The position numbers and the translations under genes were made by a program. DNA of 64,000 bases from Eledone cirrhosa (lineage: Eukaryota), in assembly GCA_964016885.1 (NCBI GenBank), contig OZ024741.1, positions 86,304,001-86,368,000 on the forward strand. Direction: 5' to 3'. Below the pieces are notes generated by a model that worked only from the letters and a program-made list of their open reading frames with translations, did not search any database and was not told where the DNA came from. Below, piece after piece: positions 13,291 to 27,019 of the stretch; position 1 is the first letter of the stretch; the number at the start of each line of letters is the position of its first letter.

Positions 13291-14927
13291 TGAGCCCTGC
13301 TGTTGATAATCATAGCATGATTATATTCTCTGATCAATTCTATGGTTTACCAACTGAACTAAACAGTCTTTACTGAGAAGTAATAAGATCAAAACAGACA
13401 ATCTTTATTTTTTGCTTTTAAATTTAAATAGGCTACCATTAGCAGTTATCTTCCTTTCATTGTTTTTTACATTTTAAACAACCCTAGATAGGATCTTTGA
13501 TTAACCAATATTATTCATATAATTAGGAGACAGTTTTTCAATCCCCCATTTAAAACCCTACTGCAATTTGTATTTTTGAAGAAAAGATTAGAAATAACTA
13601 GCTATTTGATTGGTTTAACACTATCGTTACTAAATCATCTGAAACTGTCCTGGTTCTATGATACAAAACTGTTTATTTGAAAGTGGTTATATTTATCTAA
13701 AAACCGTCCGTCATAATTGCTAAGTTGTGTTCCACTTGATAATGAGAATGTGAATCATTTTACTAAATTCCTTCATATACTTGATTATTTAAAAAATTAT
13801 TTTAAAACCATAGCCACTATCTTTCGTTAGAAATATGGTAACGAAAGGGTTAATGACAAAAGTTGAATGTTAAAAAAGAAATTAAGAAGGTCTGTCGTTC
13901 TGGGCAGTAGACTTAACCTGTCACCTGTTTTAACCATTTAGCATTTAAACCGGCCAGAATTCTCTCACCTCTTTCTTTCATACTGGCTGTAACTGGCCAC
14001 TCATACTGCTGTTAAGGTATTGTTCTCAAAATAAATAACATCAAAATCTCATAGATTCAATATTATGTAAGATAATTAAATATAATAGTATATATAATGT
14101 AAATGCTAAAAGGTTAACAACACAATTTGGCCCTTGCAATGCTTTTAGCAGAATCTACTTTGTTACAAGCATTCTGACCAGGTGTCTGGCCTGATCATAA
14201 CTTGATATCTTGGTGCACTGTTTCCTACTGCAGCACCTTATGAGCTATAGTTCCAACCCAACCACACATGTCAATGCTAGAAGCTCTGCATAGAATTTTT
14301 ACTAATGTAGTAGTGTAATGGAAGGCTGCCAAGGTGAGTCTGACTTCACTATTATGGGTTCCTTTATAGAAATGGATAACATAAGTATAGTTGTTTATTC
14401 TTTTACCTGCTCCAGCCCATGGTCTGTGGCCTTGCTGGGACAGCACCATTAGTGAAATATATCTTTTATTCATGGTGAAATATATCTTTTATTCCTTAGT
14501 AGCTGTAGTGACAACCTTTCAAGGAGCCAACAGCTCTATCCTAGTGATGAAGGTGGATGAACGGTGGCTCAATAACCATCTCCTAAATAATGACCACCTC
14601 AAGGAGAGTCATGGATGTATAGCATCATATAGATGAGCATTGGTACAATTGTCCATGGTCCCTGATCCTCAACAATGAGAATGGGAGGACACAAGACCAG
14701 ATGTATAGAGCTACAAAATACAGGGCATGACCTTGGGGTTATAAAACACAATTTGTGTGTGAGTGTGTGTGTGAGAGAGAGATTTTATCATTTTAACATA
14801 TGTAATAGCAAATGAGAAAAATCAGTGATCTGTTTACATTCAACCTGTCAAAAGAAGATATTTGTTGCCTTTAGTGTGTAACAAAGTTAGCTTCTAATCA
14901 TAGAACAAAATAGTATGTAAAAGTGGA

Positions 14928-15280
14928 TGCAGCATAGCCAAATGATTAAGGAGTTTGCCCCACAATCATTAAGTCTCCAGTTCAATCCCACTGTGTTACA
15001 TTTTGGGAAAGTATCATTTACCATAATCTAGGATCAACTCATGTCTTATGAGTAATATTGGGTCGACGGAAACTGTTTGGAAGTCCATTGTATGGACTAT
15101 ACCTGTAAATCAAAGAGCCAGCCTTCTCACACCTTGTCATGCTGAATCTTTCAGAATTATGTTAACGGTGCATGTATATTGGGAACTACTCAGTCACTTA
15201 CACATTAATTTCAAGCGCAGGTTATTCTGTTCATCAAACAATTGAAACATGCATTGTCAAGACTGACAGAGGTCCATTCA
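14928..15280 (+). repeat. tRNA-derived CORE-type SINE (related copy at about 47030-47355)
   Basis: tRNA-like head with B-box-like GTTCAATCC, then TTGGG(C)AAGT and the GTGAGT...GACGGAAACTG segment. Confidence 0.55.
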
Positions 15281-18200
15281 TTGCTGCTTTCCTATATGAA
15301 AGTGAAAATATGTTTATATAAGAGGTTTTATAACTAATATGATGTATTTTATTTCCATCTTCAGCTGTATGAAGGTGTTGGATTCATGATTAAATGGTTG
15401 TGGGTTTGATTCCTGGTCTGAGCATCATATTGTGTTCTTGTGCAAAATGCTTTATTTCGTGTTGCTTTCCATGATAGAACCAAGACCCCTTATCATCCCA
15501 AAGAAACCTATGAGATACAACTTCATAAGTCAGCTAAACTTGCAGAGGAGAGAATTGTAAATGGAATTTTTTTTTATTTTTTTTTTTTATCTTCAGGTAT
15601 ATGTGACTTTGGTGCTATGAAAAGCAGTTGAAATTGCAGTCTTCATGATGAAAGTACAATCATAAATCAAATTTTTGGAGATACTTAATTCTACACTATG
15701 TATTTTGGTCTATTTCCTTGATAAGGCTATGCAAGTTGCCTCTCGTGGTTCTTTACCAATTATGGAAACTTCCTCTTATGTGAGTGGATAATTTTCTTTT
15801 TCATATTTTTTTTTAGCCATTCCTCTATTTTTTGTTTGTCCTTTCTTGATTGTGGTTTTTCTGTTTCAAGGTGAGATGCCATATAAACCGAGAATATTTT
15901 AGCTGGAATATCATCATCATCACTACCATCATCATCATCATTCATTTTATATCTGCTTTCCACACTGGCATGAGTTGGATAGGGTGTCACAGTCTGAGAC
16001 TAGACGGGTCAGAGAGACATCATCTTGCTCATGCATTCCATATTTGGCTTGATTTTAACAGCTGGATGTCCTTAACGCCAACCACCTTACAGAGTGTACT
16101 GGGTGCATTTTTGTCGTGGCACCAGCATTACCACTTTACAAAGTGGACTGGGTGCATTTTATTGTGGCACCAGCGCTAGACAAGTTGTCACATGAATGTG
16201 TAGATTGAACAGTCCTCTTAAACTTATATATATTCTCTCCATTTAATCGCTAAATACTGTAGCCTTGAATTTCACTGTTTACTTTTAGTATTGCAGTGTT
16301 TGTACTGGTGGACATTTTAAAATATATATTTAATGTAATTATAACTGATCAACCTACTTTGTCTGTTGCAGTAGTAACTACTACAGGTGTCACTTGCAAT
16401 TGAGTGTAACTTGGTAGTGTGTACCATGCTTTCTCTCAAGGTTTTAGGTGCTCATGCAGTCTTAAGCAGAATTAGAACATTCAGGATGCAACAGCAGAAA
16501 GGGGAGATGGCTGTATCGACACTGGGCAGGTAGTTTCTTTATTGACCCTAGAAGGATGAAAGGTGTGATTTGAACTCAGAGACCTATAAACAAATATCCA
16601 ACACTCTAACAACTCTGCCAAACCAACAATCTTTGTTGCAGTAGTACAACTGCATTATTTGAAAACATTTTCGTTAGTTTTCTTCCTTCATCACACAAAT
16701 GTGGCATTTCATTTTTATTTAACCCTTTTGATACCAAACCAGCTAAATCTGGTCCTGCTTCTATGATACAAAGCTGATAAATTTGAAGTGTTTCTATTTA
16801 TCTAAAACCTTTCCAACATAATTTTATGTAAGAACTTCTAAGTTATGTTCCAAACACCAGGTTTATAATGAAAAAGTAAGTTATATTATTAAATCCCTTT
16901 AAATTCTTGATGATTTTCAAAATTATTTGAAGATCACAGGCAGTGTCTTTCATTACAAATATGGTAAAAATACAAGTTAAATATTGACGATGATAAAGAT
17001 ATTGTAGATTTTAAATATATTTTTCTTTGTCATTACTAGATAGTATCATAGGGTACTGCAGTTCACATCTATTTTCAAGGTGTCAAGCAGTTGAGAAACA
17101 CTTTTCACTTTGCTTAGAGTACTAAGTTTATTGCTGGTTTTGTATGAGTTGATTTATACTCAGTAGTAGTTTTTGTCAAGCTACCAAATTCTTCTTAATG
17201 CACTCAACTCTTTTCTTTTTTTCACATCACCCTCCACCCAAAGTATACTAAATGTAGAGGACAAGATAAAGCCTGAGTATTTTATGTGTATGTAAAGGTA
17301 TTGATTACAAAATGGGTATTACATGTGGCAGAATGTTTTTTTTGTTATCTAGTTCAAGAAAGTGAGGAATTGCTTATTTGCTTGGAAAGCATTCCAGACT
17401 ATTCCAGGCTGATTTATGCTGATGTGGTTGATGAATCTAAAGCAATCCTTTCTTTTATTGTGGAGGACTTGATAGCAATGTAACTATCTGAACAGATGCA
17501 GCAATACAGTTGCAAGCAGGTTTTGGGGAGAAAGTCAAAAGTCTGTCCCCTCCCCAATTCATGTGATCTACAAACAATAGGAAAATATATAGATATTTGC
17601 ACAAAATAGTGTTGAGAATGCCAACATCAGAAAAGTTCTAAGTGGACAGTCAATTCAAAAACACTTTCCAGTGAGCATTCTGCAAGATTCGCATTATGCA
17701 GAGTGAAATGCTTTATAAATTGCTATAAAAGAAATATATATTTGCATATAATTTAATTTTATAAAATATTCTTGAGATTTACATGGTTTTCAATGTTATA
17801 TTTTATTTATCTGTGATTTTAATTTACCTATAAGGTGCTGGGCAAATTTTGATTAATTTTATTAATGGATCATTATTATGTATGCTTGTGTGTGTTTATG
17901 TATGTGTATGTTTGAATTTATTTGTTTTCTCCAAACATTTTGATCAATTCCAGTCTTTCATGTTATTTACCTTTATGATACAGCTATTTTATATACACTT
18001 AATTTTAGGTGAAAATCAGTTAATGTGCACAATTTTTCTATACTAGAATTCTATTATACATCCCAGCTGAATGCTGGTTAATAATTTGTTTTATATGGTG
18101 CTATTTTAACAGAATTAAAATAATTTTACTTAATTTACTCCTATTTACCCATAATTCGAGTAGTTCTGTGGTGGCAAAAGTTATGTAATATATTTAAAAC

Positions 18201-18683
18201 CATATTGTGTTCCAAAAAGTAATTGATTATTTTATTGTCTAAATTCTTGATTATTTTAGAATTAAATTAAAAGATTTGATATATTTTAGTTAGCAATATC
18301 AGTAGAAATATATTTTGATTCATCATCATCATTGTCTAACGTCCATCTTCCACGCTAGCATAGGTTAGAAATATAAAAGGATAATCCCCAATTCCTGTCT
18401 CTTTATCCTCCACCCCCCACTAGCTCCTCTGACGGCTTCTCTTTCTTTCTTTTGTATCTATCTTTCTTCCTTCCTCTTGTACCCAATTTGCTTCTTGTCT
18501 TCCCTTCTTTTTATCTCTGTCTCTTTGCTATTGTGCCCCTCTTCTTCAGAAGTTTTAATTATAAACAAAACTTTAGAAGTTTTAATTATAAACAAAACTT
18601 TACACAAGCTAGATAAAACTTTTGAAGCTGAGAAAACAATTTTACTCATCGACTTATGAAGCATTGGGAAATTTGAAATTATA

Positions 18684-19421
18684 TTGATGATGTATGATGC
18701 GTGTATCCGAACAGCGATGTTGCATGGTAGTGAGACCTGGGCGCTGAAGGTGGAAGACTTACGTAGATTAGAGAGAAACGAAGCCTGCATGCTCCGATGG
18801 ATGTGTAACAGTAATATATGTGAACGACAAAGCATAAATGAATTGAGAGAGAGACTGAGCATAAGAGGAATCAAATGCTGTGTGCAGGAGAGGCGGTTGC
18901 GTTGATATGGACATGTGATGCGTATGAAGGATGACAGCTGCATAAAAAGGTGCAGAGCACTAGAAGTCGATGGAAACCGTGGAGTGGGGAGACCCAAGAT
19001 GACCTGGGATGAGGTGATAAAAGCCGACCTTACCCAATTACACCTCTCAAAGGCGATGACACACGACCGTGACCTCTGGCGTCACGCAGTAATACAGAGT
19101 ACCCGACCTCCCATGGGTACAAGCTGAAGCATATAGACAATATGCCCCCACACCCCCCACTGCAAGGTGGTCGTGGAGGTGCCACGGCAAAAAAGCACCC
19201 AGCCCACACTGTAAAGTGGACGTGTAGGCGCCACGAAAAAGCACCCAGCACTCACTGTAAATGAGGTTGGTGTTAGGAAGGGCATCCAGCTGTAGAAATC
19301 AAGCCAAATCAGTTCCTGTATGAGCAAGGCATGGTCAGCCGACCAGACACTGCCCACAACAGGACAACCCGTCTAACCCATGCTAGCGTGGAAGAACAGA
19401 CGTAAAACGGTGATGATGATA
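18684..19421 (+). mobile_element. RTE (BovB-like) LINE 3' portion with a repetitive 3' UTR and (GAT)n tail
   Basis: YDACIRTAMLHGSETWA, ERNEACMLRWMC, RRLR*YGHV and GRPKMTWDEV. The 3' UTR has repeated AAAAGCACCCAG.CAC(A)CTGTAAAGTGG units and ends CCATGCTAGCGTGGAA...GATGATGAT. Related tail-derived copies lie near 15910, 20225, 20930, 28780, 29360, 30970, 42380, 46900, 53300, 58980 and 59230. Confidence 0.85.
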
Positions 19422-19875
19422 TTGCAGTTAACTTTAGTAATAATTGATAACTAAATAATAGTTGAATAAATCAGGTAAACCACCCCAGTTTAGTGAATCT
19501 TGTGTGTGTGATAAAAAAACAAAAAAGAAACTGTGGCTGATTTAATATTTAACTCTGTAATGATTTAGAAGAAAATATCTAATTATTGGTTTGTTAATTC
19601 AAATGTTTGCAGTATCTTTACTATTGAACAGATTGTGAATCTTTGCAGTATTAGAGTAAAGACTTCAATTTTTAATGTGAAGATGTCATAATGCTGTTTC
19701 ATACTTTTCAATAATGTCTTGGTAACACAGTTTCATGCATTACAGGAAATTAGGAGTTAATATGTAAATGCTAAAATTTCCACATTTTGTCATGGACTAA
19801 ACTATGTTCATTTTTATTTTAGGTAAGTCTTGATACTTTATGGTCTGACTTGGATTTGTATTTAGATGATACATT

Positions 19876-19882
19876 ATGACTG
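19876..19882 (+). CDS. MED1: Candidate initiation segment ATG ACT G (M-T-G) at the end of a putative 60-nt exon (19823-19882)
   Basis: Ends at CTG|gtaagt in phase 1, matching the phase-1 start of exon 24566. An in-frame TGA lies upstream at 19867. There is no homology support. Confidence 0.3.
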
Positions 19883-20599
19883 GTAAGTTGATATATTTTA
19901 TTATTTTCTTTTAAGAAAGATATAAGAATATAATTATGATTGTGTAATTTTATTTAAAAGTCATTTGGAGTGTGTTGTGCTTTCCATAATTTTTGCAGGG
20001 TTTTTTCCAGCTAGATGCCCTACTTATCACCAACCACTTAACTGCAGACTGGATGCATTATTCATGCCACCAATACTAAGGAGGTTGTCTTACTGAACTC
20101 AGTCCTCTCCACCCTATGTCAGTTTTTATTTGGAGTGTCGACTCTCCAAGACGAGTTGCCTTCACTATGGCTTACGGAGGCCACGTCTGCCCCATAAATG
20201 TAGTTATACATACATTCATTATTATCATTACTGTTTTATGTCCATTTTCTATGCAAGCATGGGTTAGATAAGTTGTCACCTTCCAAGATTAGACATGGTC
20301 AGGCGACCATGTCTAATGTGTTCATTTGTTCTATTTTTGGCATGGTTTCTATGGCTGGGTACCTTTTTTTAACGCCAACCATTTTATAGTGTGTACCAAC
20401 ACTACCACTTTAATTAGTGGGCTGGCTGCATTTTATCATGGCACCATCACTACCACTTTTACATTTTATCATGGCACCATCACTACCACTTTTACATGTT
20501 ATCATGGCACCAGCATTAACACTTTCCAAATTAAAAAGTGAGCTTTATAATCCATTTAATCAAATGTGCACTCTGAAGACCTGCTTCATGTAGAATAAA

Positions 20600-20896
20600 T
20601 CAGTTTGATAGAACACACCTTACACCAAGCTATTAATTAGGTAGAACACACCTTACACCAAGCTATTAATTAGGTAGAACACACCTTACACCAAGCTATC
20701 AGTTTGGTAGAACACACCTTACACCAAGCTATCAGTTTGGTAGAACACACCATACACTAAGCTATCAGTTTGGTAGAACACACCTTACACCAAGCTATCA
20801 GTTTGGTAGAACACACCTTACACCAAGCTATCAGTTTGGTAGAACACGCCTTACAACAAGCTATCAGTTTGGTAGAACACACCCTACTCCAAGCTA
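20600..20896. repeat. 33-bp minisatellite, about 9 copies (GTAGAACACACCTTACACCAAGCTATCAGTTTG)
   Basis: Direct tandem units with no spacers. Confidence 0.95.
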
Positions 20897-22366
20897 CAAT
20901 AATAGGAGAATTTAAACTTGGCTCTACAAGCACCCAGTACACTCTATAAAATGGTAGTGGTGGTGTTACCAAAAAAGGCACCCAGTACACTCTGTAAAGT
21001 GGTTGGACTCAGAAAGGACATCTAGCCATAGAAACTATGCCAAATATGGAATATATGAGTATGATGAGGTCACTTCAACCCATCTGGTCTTGAAAAAATG
21101 ACAACCCATCCAACTCATGCCAGCATGGAAAGTGAATTTAAATTATTGATGATGACGATATTGCCACTGCTTTTAGCAATTTGTTGGTGCTTGTTTCTAG
21201 CTTAGAAGACAAGGTGATTTGGTCTGTGTCTTGGCTATAGATATAGCACTGCACTGATGACAGGATAAAGATTGCCAATCTTGTGATATGTTGGCTGGAT
21301 TCTTTGTAATGCTTTAAACCTTTTGGCAGCAAACTGCCTGAAACCAACTCTGGTTCTACAATACAAAATTGTTTTATAACACTTATTTATCTTAAAACCT
21401 TCCATTATAATTTTATGTAAGAACTTTTGTTATGTTCCAAACACCAGCTTAATTAAAAGTAAAAGGTTAGATTAATAAATTCCTTCAAATTCTTGATTAT
21501 TTTCAATGTGATTTGAAAATCATTGGCAATGTCTTTCATTAGAAATGATATGACAATGAAAGGGTTGACATTGCTAGTTACTGTTTTCAAAGGAATTTAT
21601 ATTTGAAGTCAATAGTTTCCTTTTGCATCAGTTTCGTTCATTTTGCCAGCTTTGACTATCAGATTATACATATGAATTCTAACTGTTAAGAATAATCCCT
21701 TGATAAATAATATACCTGCTGTTACTAAGAAGAAAATTACCTCGTTTAAAATGAAATTTACAGCTCACACCTATATGCAATTTTGGTCTCCTACGAAGTT
21801 GTATCTTATAGAAGATTTCTTAATGATAGAGGCTCCAATCTTGTCATAGAAATGAAGCATTTTACACAATGTACCGTCTTGTTCAGGAATCAAATCCACG
21901 ACCATATGATTGTGAGATAAACACCCTACTTGCCCTCACTACTTTATTGGAAATGTTGACAATTTATTTTTTATGAAATTGATGTTTTAGTTTTCTTCAA
22001 AATACCAAATAAATTCAATTATTACATCCTATTATGATTGAATAAAAAATATCAAAAAATCAGGTTTGTTAATTCAAATGTTTTTACTAGTGGACAGATT
22101 TTAAAAATTTTCAGTATTAGTGTAAAGACTTTAATATTTAATGTAATGTAGTTTCATGTGGTACAGGACATGAAGAATTAAAGAATGATAAAATACCAGT
22201 CATCTTATATTTTTAATTCATACAAATATTCAGCTTAACTTGTGTACAAACAGAAATGATGCCTGACTTATTTATATTCTTTATTGATAAGAAAAATTGC
22301 AGGTATGAGCTGTAAATTTAATTTTTTCATTTGCTTAGCCATTTATTCAACAAACAATCTAACAGG

Positions 22367-24253
22367 TCATCATCATCATATCTTGTCGCGCCAGGGCCGT
22401 ATCCATTGAAGTGCAGCGTCGTTTGCCGCAGGGGCACTCAGCGCAGGTGGCCATTCCCCACTTGTGGAGATTGTCTCCAGTTTTGCCGTTTTGGCTCTGT
22501 TTAGGGTTACCTAGTCCTTTCTGCTAAGAGATGTTCCATTGGGGAAGCTTTCATTTTGGCTTGGTAAGGCCGCGTTGGGTGGGCGGCGGTCACTCTCCTT
22601 CCACTTTTCCAACCTGTAAGCTGCCGATTGTGCATGCTCCAGGCTATCCACGGTTAAGAAGCTTTTTCGTGATTTTAATCGACTTCTTATTTCCTAGTGG
22701 CCATAGAGTGGATGCCTGGGATTGTGTTGTTTGTACTGTTCAGTTTTTGCGTTGACCTCTCGTCGTATGTGGGGCGGTGGAATGTCGGCAAGAGTGTATA
22801 CGGCTGGAAGGGGAGTTGCTTTTAATATTCCGGTGATCATCCGGCATGATTTGTTCAACTCTGGGTCAACTCTGTTTGCATGGCACGACCTTGCCCATAC
22901 TGGTGAAGAATATTCTGCGGTGGAGTAGCAGAGTGCCAGTGCTGTTTGCCTCAGTGTTGTGGGATCTGCACCCCAGCTGGTGTTGGTTAGTTTGCTGAGG
23001 AGATTATTTCTAGTTGCCAGTTTACTTTTAAGTTTGTCTATGTGTTGTTTGAAGGAGAGCGTTCTATCAAGGGCAACTTCGAGGTAAACTGGTTGAGGGT
23101 GGTTTTCCAGTTCATTGTTGCCCCATCTGATTTTTAGTTTCCTGTTTGCTTGGTGGTTGTTAAGATGGAAGGCACACACCTGCATTTTGCTGGCATTAGC
23201 GTTAAGGTACCATTTTTTGTAGTATGCTGAGAGATTTGTCAGGGCATTTGATAGTCTTTCCTCAATTGTGTCAAAGGAGCCTGACTGTGTTGCGATGCAG
23301 AGATCATTCGTATATATGGATCTACGAATATTGTGGAACTGCAGCTGGTCATTTGTGTAAATGTTGAACAGCATAGGGGCCAGCACAGAGCCCTGTGGGA
23401 GTCAGTTGTTCTGGACCCTCCACCTACTTTGCCTGCCATCCATCTCAACAAAGGATCGCCGATTGATGAGCAGTGACTCAATTATGCGGACTGCAGTGGT
23501 GTTCCGAACTGTTTGGGCCACCTGTAAAAGAAGTGCTCTGTGGTTCACGGTGTCATAGGCAGCTGTGAGGTTGACAAAGACTGCTCCAGTCATTTGTTTG
23601 GCCTCAAAACCTGACTCAATACATCCTCGATGTATTGAGTCAGGTTCAGTACTTGACCGCAGCATGATCAGCCGGGTCGGAAGCCAGTCTGGTCTGGAGA
23701 TAGTTGTTCTTCTACAATAGGGGGGACAAGCAAGCCATGATCATGCGCTCATATAGTTTGTAAAGGGTGCACAGTAAGGATATTGGTCGGTAGCTCTTTG
23801 GAGATGCCGGCTCTTTGCCTGGTTTCAAGAGAGCCACCACTCTAGCTCTTCTCCATATCCTTGATATTTGACAGGCTGATGTACAGTTGTTAAAGAGTGA
23901 CAGGAGCCACGTTTTCGCCATTTCTCCAAAGTGCAGTATCACCTCCACTGTGATGCCTTCCCGGGTTTAAGGTGTTTCATAGCTGCATGCAGCTCTTCCA
24001 TGTTAAATGGTTCAAAGTTTTCGTCAGAGTTGTGCATGGCACGGTTCATGTCCTGTTTCATTTCCCTTAGGTATCCCCTTTCTCTATTCTTGGGCTTACC
24101 GTTGAGTAGCAGTTGGTGTGCCACTTCGTTTGGGGTAACGGCAGCTATTCTTGGTTGTGGTTTCTTTTCAGGGCTTAATTTTTTGATGGTTGCCCAGGCG
24201 TTTTTGCTGTTATGAGTCATATCGGTGTTGGTTATGACTTCTTGCCAGCGCTC
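22367..24253 (-). mobile_element. 5'-truncated LINE of probable Ingi/Vingi-like (I group) type, with a (TGA)n tail; frameshifted
   Basis: SYRPISLLC, AVFVNLTAAYDTV, PQGSVLAPMLFNIYTND, YTND in place of YADD, LDRTLSF, WGADPTTLRQTALALCYSTAEY..PVW and PPHIRR. The clade assignment is from memory. Confidence 0.75.
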
Positions 24254-24565
24254 TAATATTGAAGTTTTAAAGATAATAAAATTTAAATGAACCATTAATT
24301 CTTAACATACTGTACCACATGGAACCACTAGCAAGCCATTCTTCAAAAATGTAAAACAGTATAGTGATTGCATCATATCAAAAGTTAATCTTTAGTTTAC
24401 TTCAGATTTTCACAACAATCTGTCCCCTAGTAAAGATACTATAAACATTTGAATTAATAAAGCTGTTAAGAATTAATTTTTTGTTTCTTTTGCTAAATTT
24501 TTCTTCTATTTTTGTTATTTTTCTTTCAACTTTAAAAAAACAAAAACATTTTTTTTACTCTCTAG

Positions 24566-24672
24566 GTATCCAAAATCATAAACTAGCTATCCTCATGGAT
24601 AGGCTTCGTAACAGAGGTCCATTGCAACGGTCTTGGAATGAAAGTATTAAAGCTATTCGGGTGGCTATGGCT
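24566..24672 (+). CDS. MED1: MED1 exon (107 nt): (G)IQNHKLAILMDRLRNRGPLQRSWNESIKAIRVAMA
   Basis: ttttactctctag| acceptor and |gtaagt donor; resembles MED1 'LLERL...RPWSETIKLVRQVM'. Confidence 0.9.
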
Positions 24673-24759
24673 GTAAGTATATTCTAACTTGATTTGTATA
24701 ACCATCTATCTATTCTGACTGTTAGGTTGCTCATCTGTCTTTACATATACCCTCCAAAG

Positions 24760-25120
24760 TTCTCTATCATCAACATTCTACGCTCTCCTGAACTATCCAC
24801 ACTGGTATCTTCCAGCAGGCTATCAATGTAATTTTTTTGTGTATCCATCTGATGGGTCCCACAGAATAAAAGCTGTTATCTCATCATGGTGTCAAACAGT
24901 GACCTAAAAGTTTCCTTCTCCTCTGACTTTTCTTTTTTATTACTGGTGGAAGCTGCCAATACAATTCTTTGCTGGGGAGTTTCTGTTTCGATGAAACATT
25001 GTCATCTTCAACATTCTTGTTCGGCAGTCATTAATTCTATCTTCTAGTTGCTTTGTTATGCTCTATTCTTCTTATCTATACATGAAAACAGACTTCACTG
25101 TTGCAATAAAAAAACTTCCT
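24760..25120 (-). mobile_element. Degenerate RTE-X-like 3' fragment
   Basis: The decayed peptide NVSSKQKLPSKELYWQLPPV resembles NVSW..H.TNKELYG.LPPV. Confidence 0.35.
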
Positions 25121-26448
25121 ATATATGTTTTTATCATTAAAAGTCCTATTTATTTAACCCTTTAACATTTACATTACTCTATATTTACTATTGTATTTTC
25201 ATGATAAAGGCTGTATCTTACATAATATCTCACATAATATTGAATCTATGAGATTTTGATATTATTTATTTTGAGAACACTACCTTAACATCAGTATGAG
25301 TGGCCAGTTACGGTTGGTTTGAACAGAAAGAGGTGAGAGAATTCTGGCCAGATACGGCCGGTTTAAATGCTAAAGTGTTAAATTCACAATGAATGAGGGG
25401 ATAATATGTCAGTCTTTTAGTTAATAGATTAATCTTTCTAAATGTTGCTACAGATGTTGCACCATTATCATATATCTGTTTTCCAGGTTAACATGTGTTC
25501 AACATTATTTGGCACTCATAGCAAAAGAAAAATGCTAGTTAACTCTGTTTTTGTGTATGCAATGTTATTTTTGGCATGGATTTTGCAGTTTGGTGCTCTT
25601 CTTATCACCAACCACTTCATAGTGTTGATTGGGTGCATTTTATTATGCCACTTGCATTTTTACTTTTTTAATAACAAACCACCTGAAACAGCCCCTGTTT
25701 CTATGATACTAAATTGTTTATTTTAAAATCTTTGTAGTCATCTAAAATTCTTCCATCAAATTTTATGTGAGAACCTTTATGTTCTAATCACCATCATAGT
25801 AATAAGAAAATTATTTTTACTAAATCCCTCCAAATTTTTTTTATTATTTTCCAAATTTATATGATAATTACAGGCAGTGAATTTGTTAAACTAAATGTAA
25901 ATGAAAATTCAGTGTTGATACTCTTTCATGTGTCTTTTGTATCTGCATTTACATATAATGTAACCTTTTCATTGCCATATTTCTAATGAAATACTGTGAT
26001 ACTTGAATATAAGCCAAGGAATATGTGTGGTAAAATGGTGGGAGGTCTGCTTACATTCAGGGTCAATATTTTGACCATTTTTACCAATTTCAAATTTTAC
26101 ATAACCCTTTTAGTACCAAACCAGCTGAAACCAGTTCTGTTTCTATGATGTAAAACTGTTTATTTTAAAGTGTTTATTTTTAAAAGTTTCTCCATCATAA
26201 TAATATGTCAGAACCTTTCTGTTATGCTATGTTTCAAACCCGAGATAAATAAGAAAATTAATATTAAACCCATCCAAATTCTTGATTATTTACAAAATGA
26301 TTTGAAAATTATAGGCAGTGTCTTTCAATAGAAATATGGTAACAAGAGGGTTAAACTTATTCTATAATTGTATCTAAGATTTATAAAAAAATATGGTTTG
26401 TAAACTTTAATAGAATATGAATTGATTTTCACATTGTTTTCCCTCTAG

Positions 26449-26527
26449 GATAAACGTCACCAATCAGATGCAGTGGATCGTCCTCAATTACAGAGGTTGC
26501 TTGACACTTTACAGAAAGCAATGAGAG
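26449..26527 (+). CDS. MED1: MED1 exon (79 nt): DKRHQSDAVDRPQLQRLLDTLQKAMR
   Basis: ttttccctctag| and G|gtatc; resembles 'LETLQKALK'. Not in the ORF track. Confidence 0.9.
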
Positions 26528-27019
26528 GTATCCCACTTTAAATGATATTGTTTTTCTTTTAACTCCTACAGTTGCAAATAATGAATTGATTAGATTATCT
26601 TTTTATTCTTTAATATCTATTCTAATCTGTATACCTCCATTGAAGGTATTGATTTATGGCTACATGCCTTTCCTGGCACAAACTCTTTTAGTTGCTTCTT
26701 ACTGCATGTAGAGATAGGGTATACATGGGAATATAACCAGTGTTGAATGTTGTGAAGAGAAAATTATGTTGAGGAAGGATGAGAGGAGAGATGGAAATGA
26801 ATGTGGAAAGAAGTAGAGGAAGGGAAAGCACAAGAAAAATATGGTTAAAAATGATGGATGAGGAAATGAAAGCCAAGTGGTTGATGATGGGAAGGGAATA
26901 AAGAAGTTTGTCATGGGGTCCACAAGGCTAACCCTTGTTTGAGCAAGGAAAATGGCTTTAAATGCCTGTTGTTGTGTTGTATATCAACATAACCTATTTA
27001 ATGTTTGTCTGTCCAAACT

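Noticed and set aside
18548-18601. 26-bp tandem duplication (AGAAGTTTTAATTATAAACAAAACTT x2)
   Set aside because: Simple local slippage with no associated element.
20600-20896. CRISPR-like 33-bp partly palindromic repeats
   Set aside because: The units are contiguous with no unique spacers, there are no cas genes, and the context is a eukaryotic intron or intergenic region.
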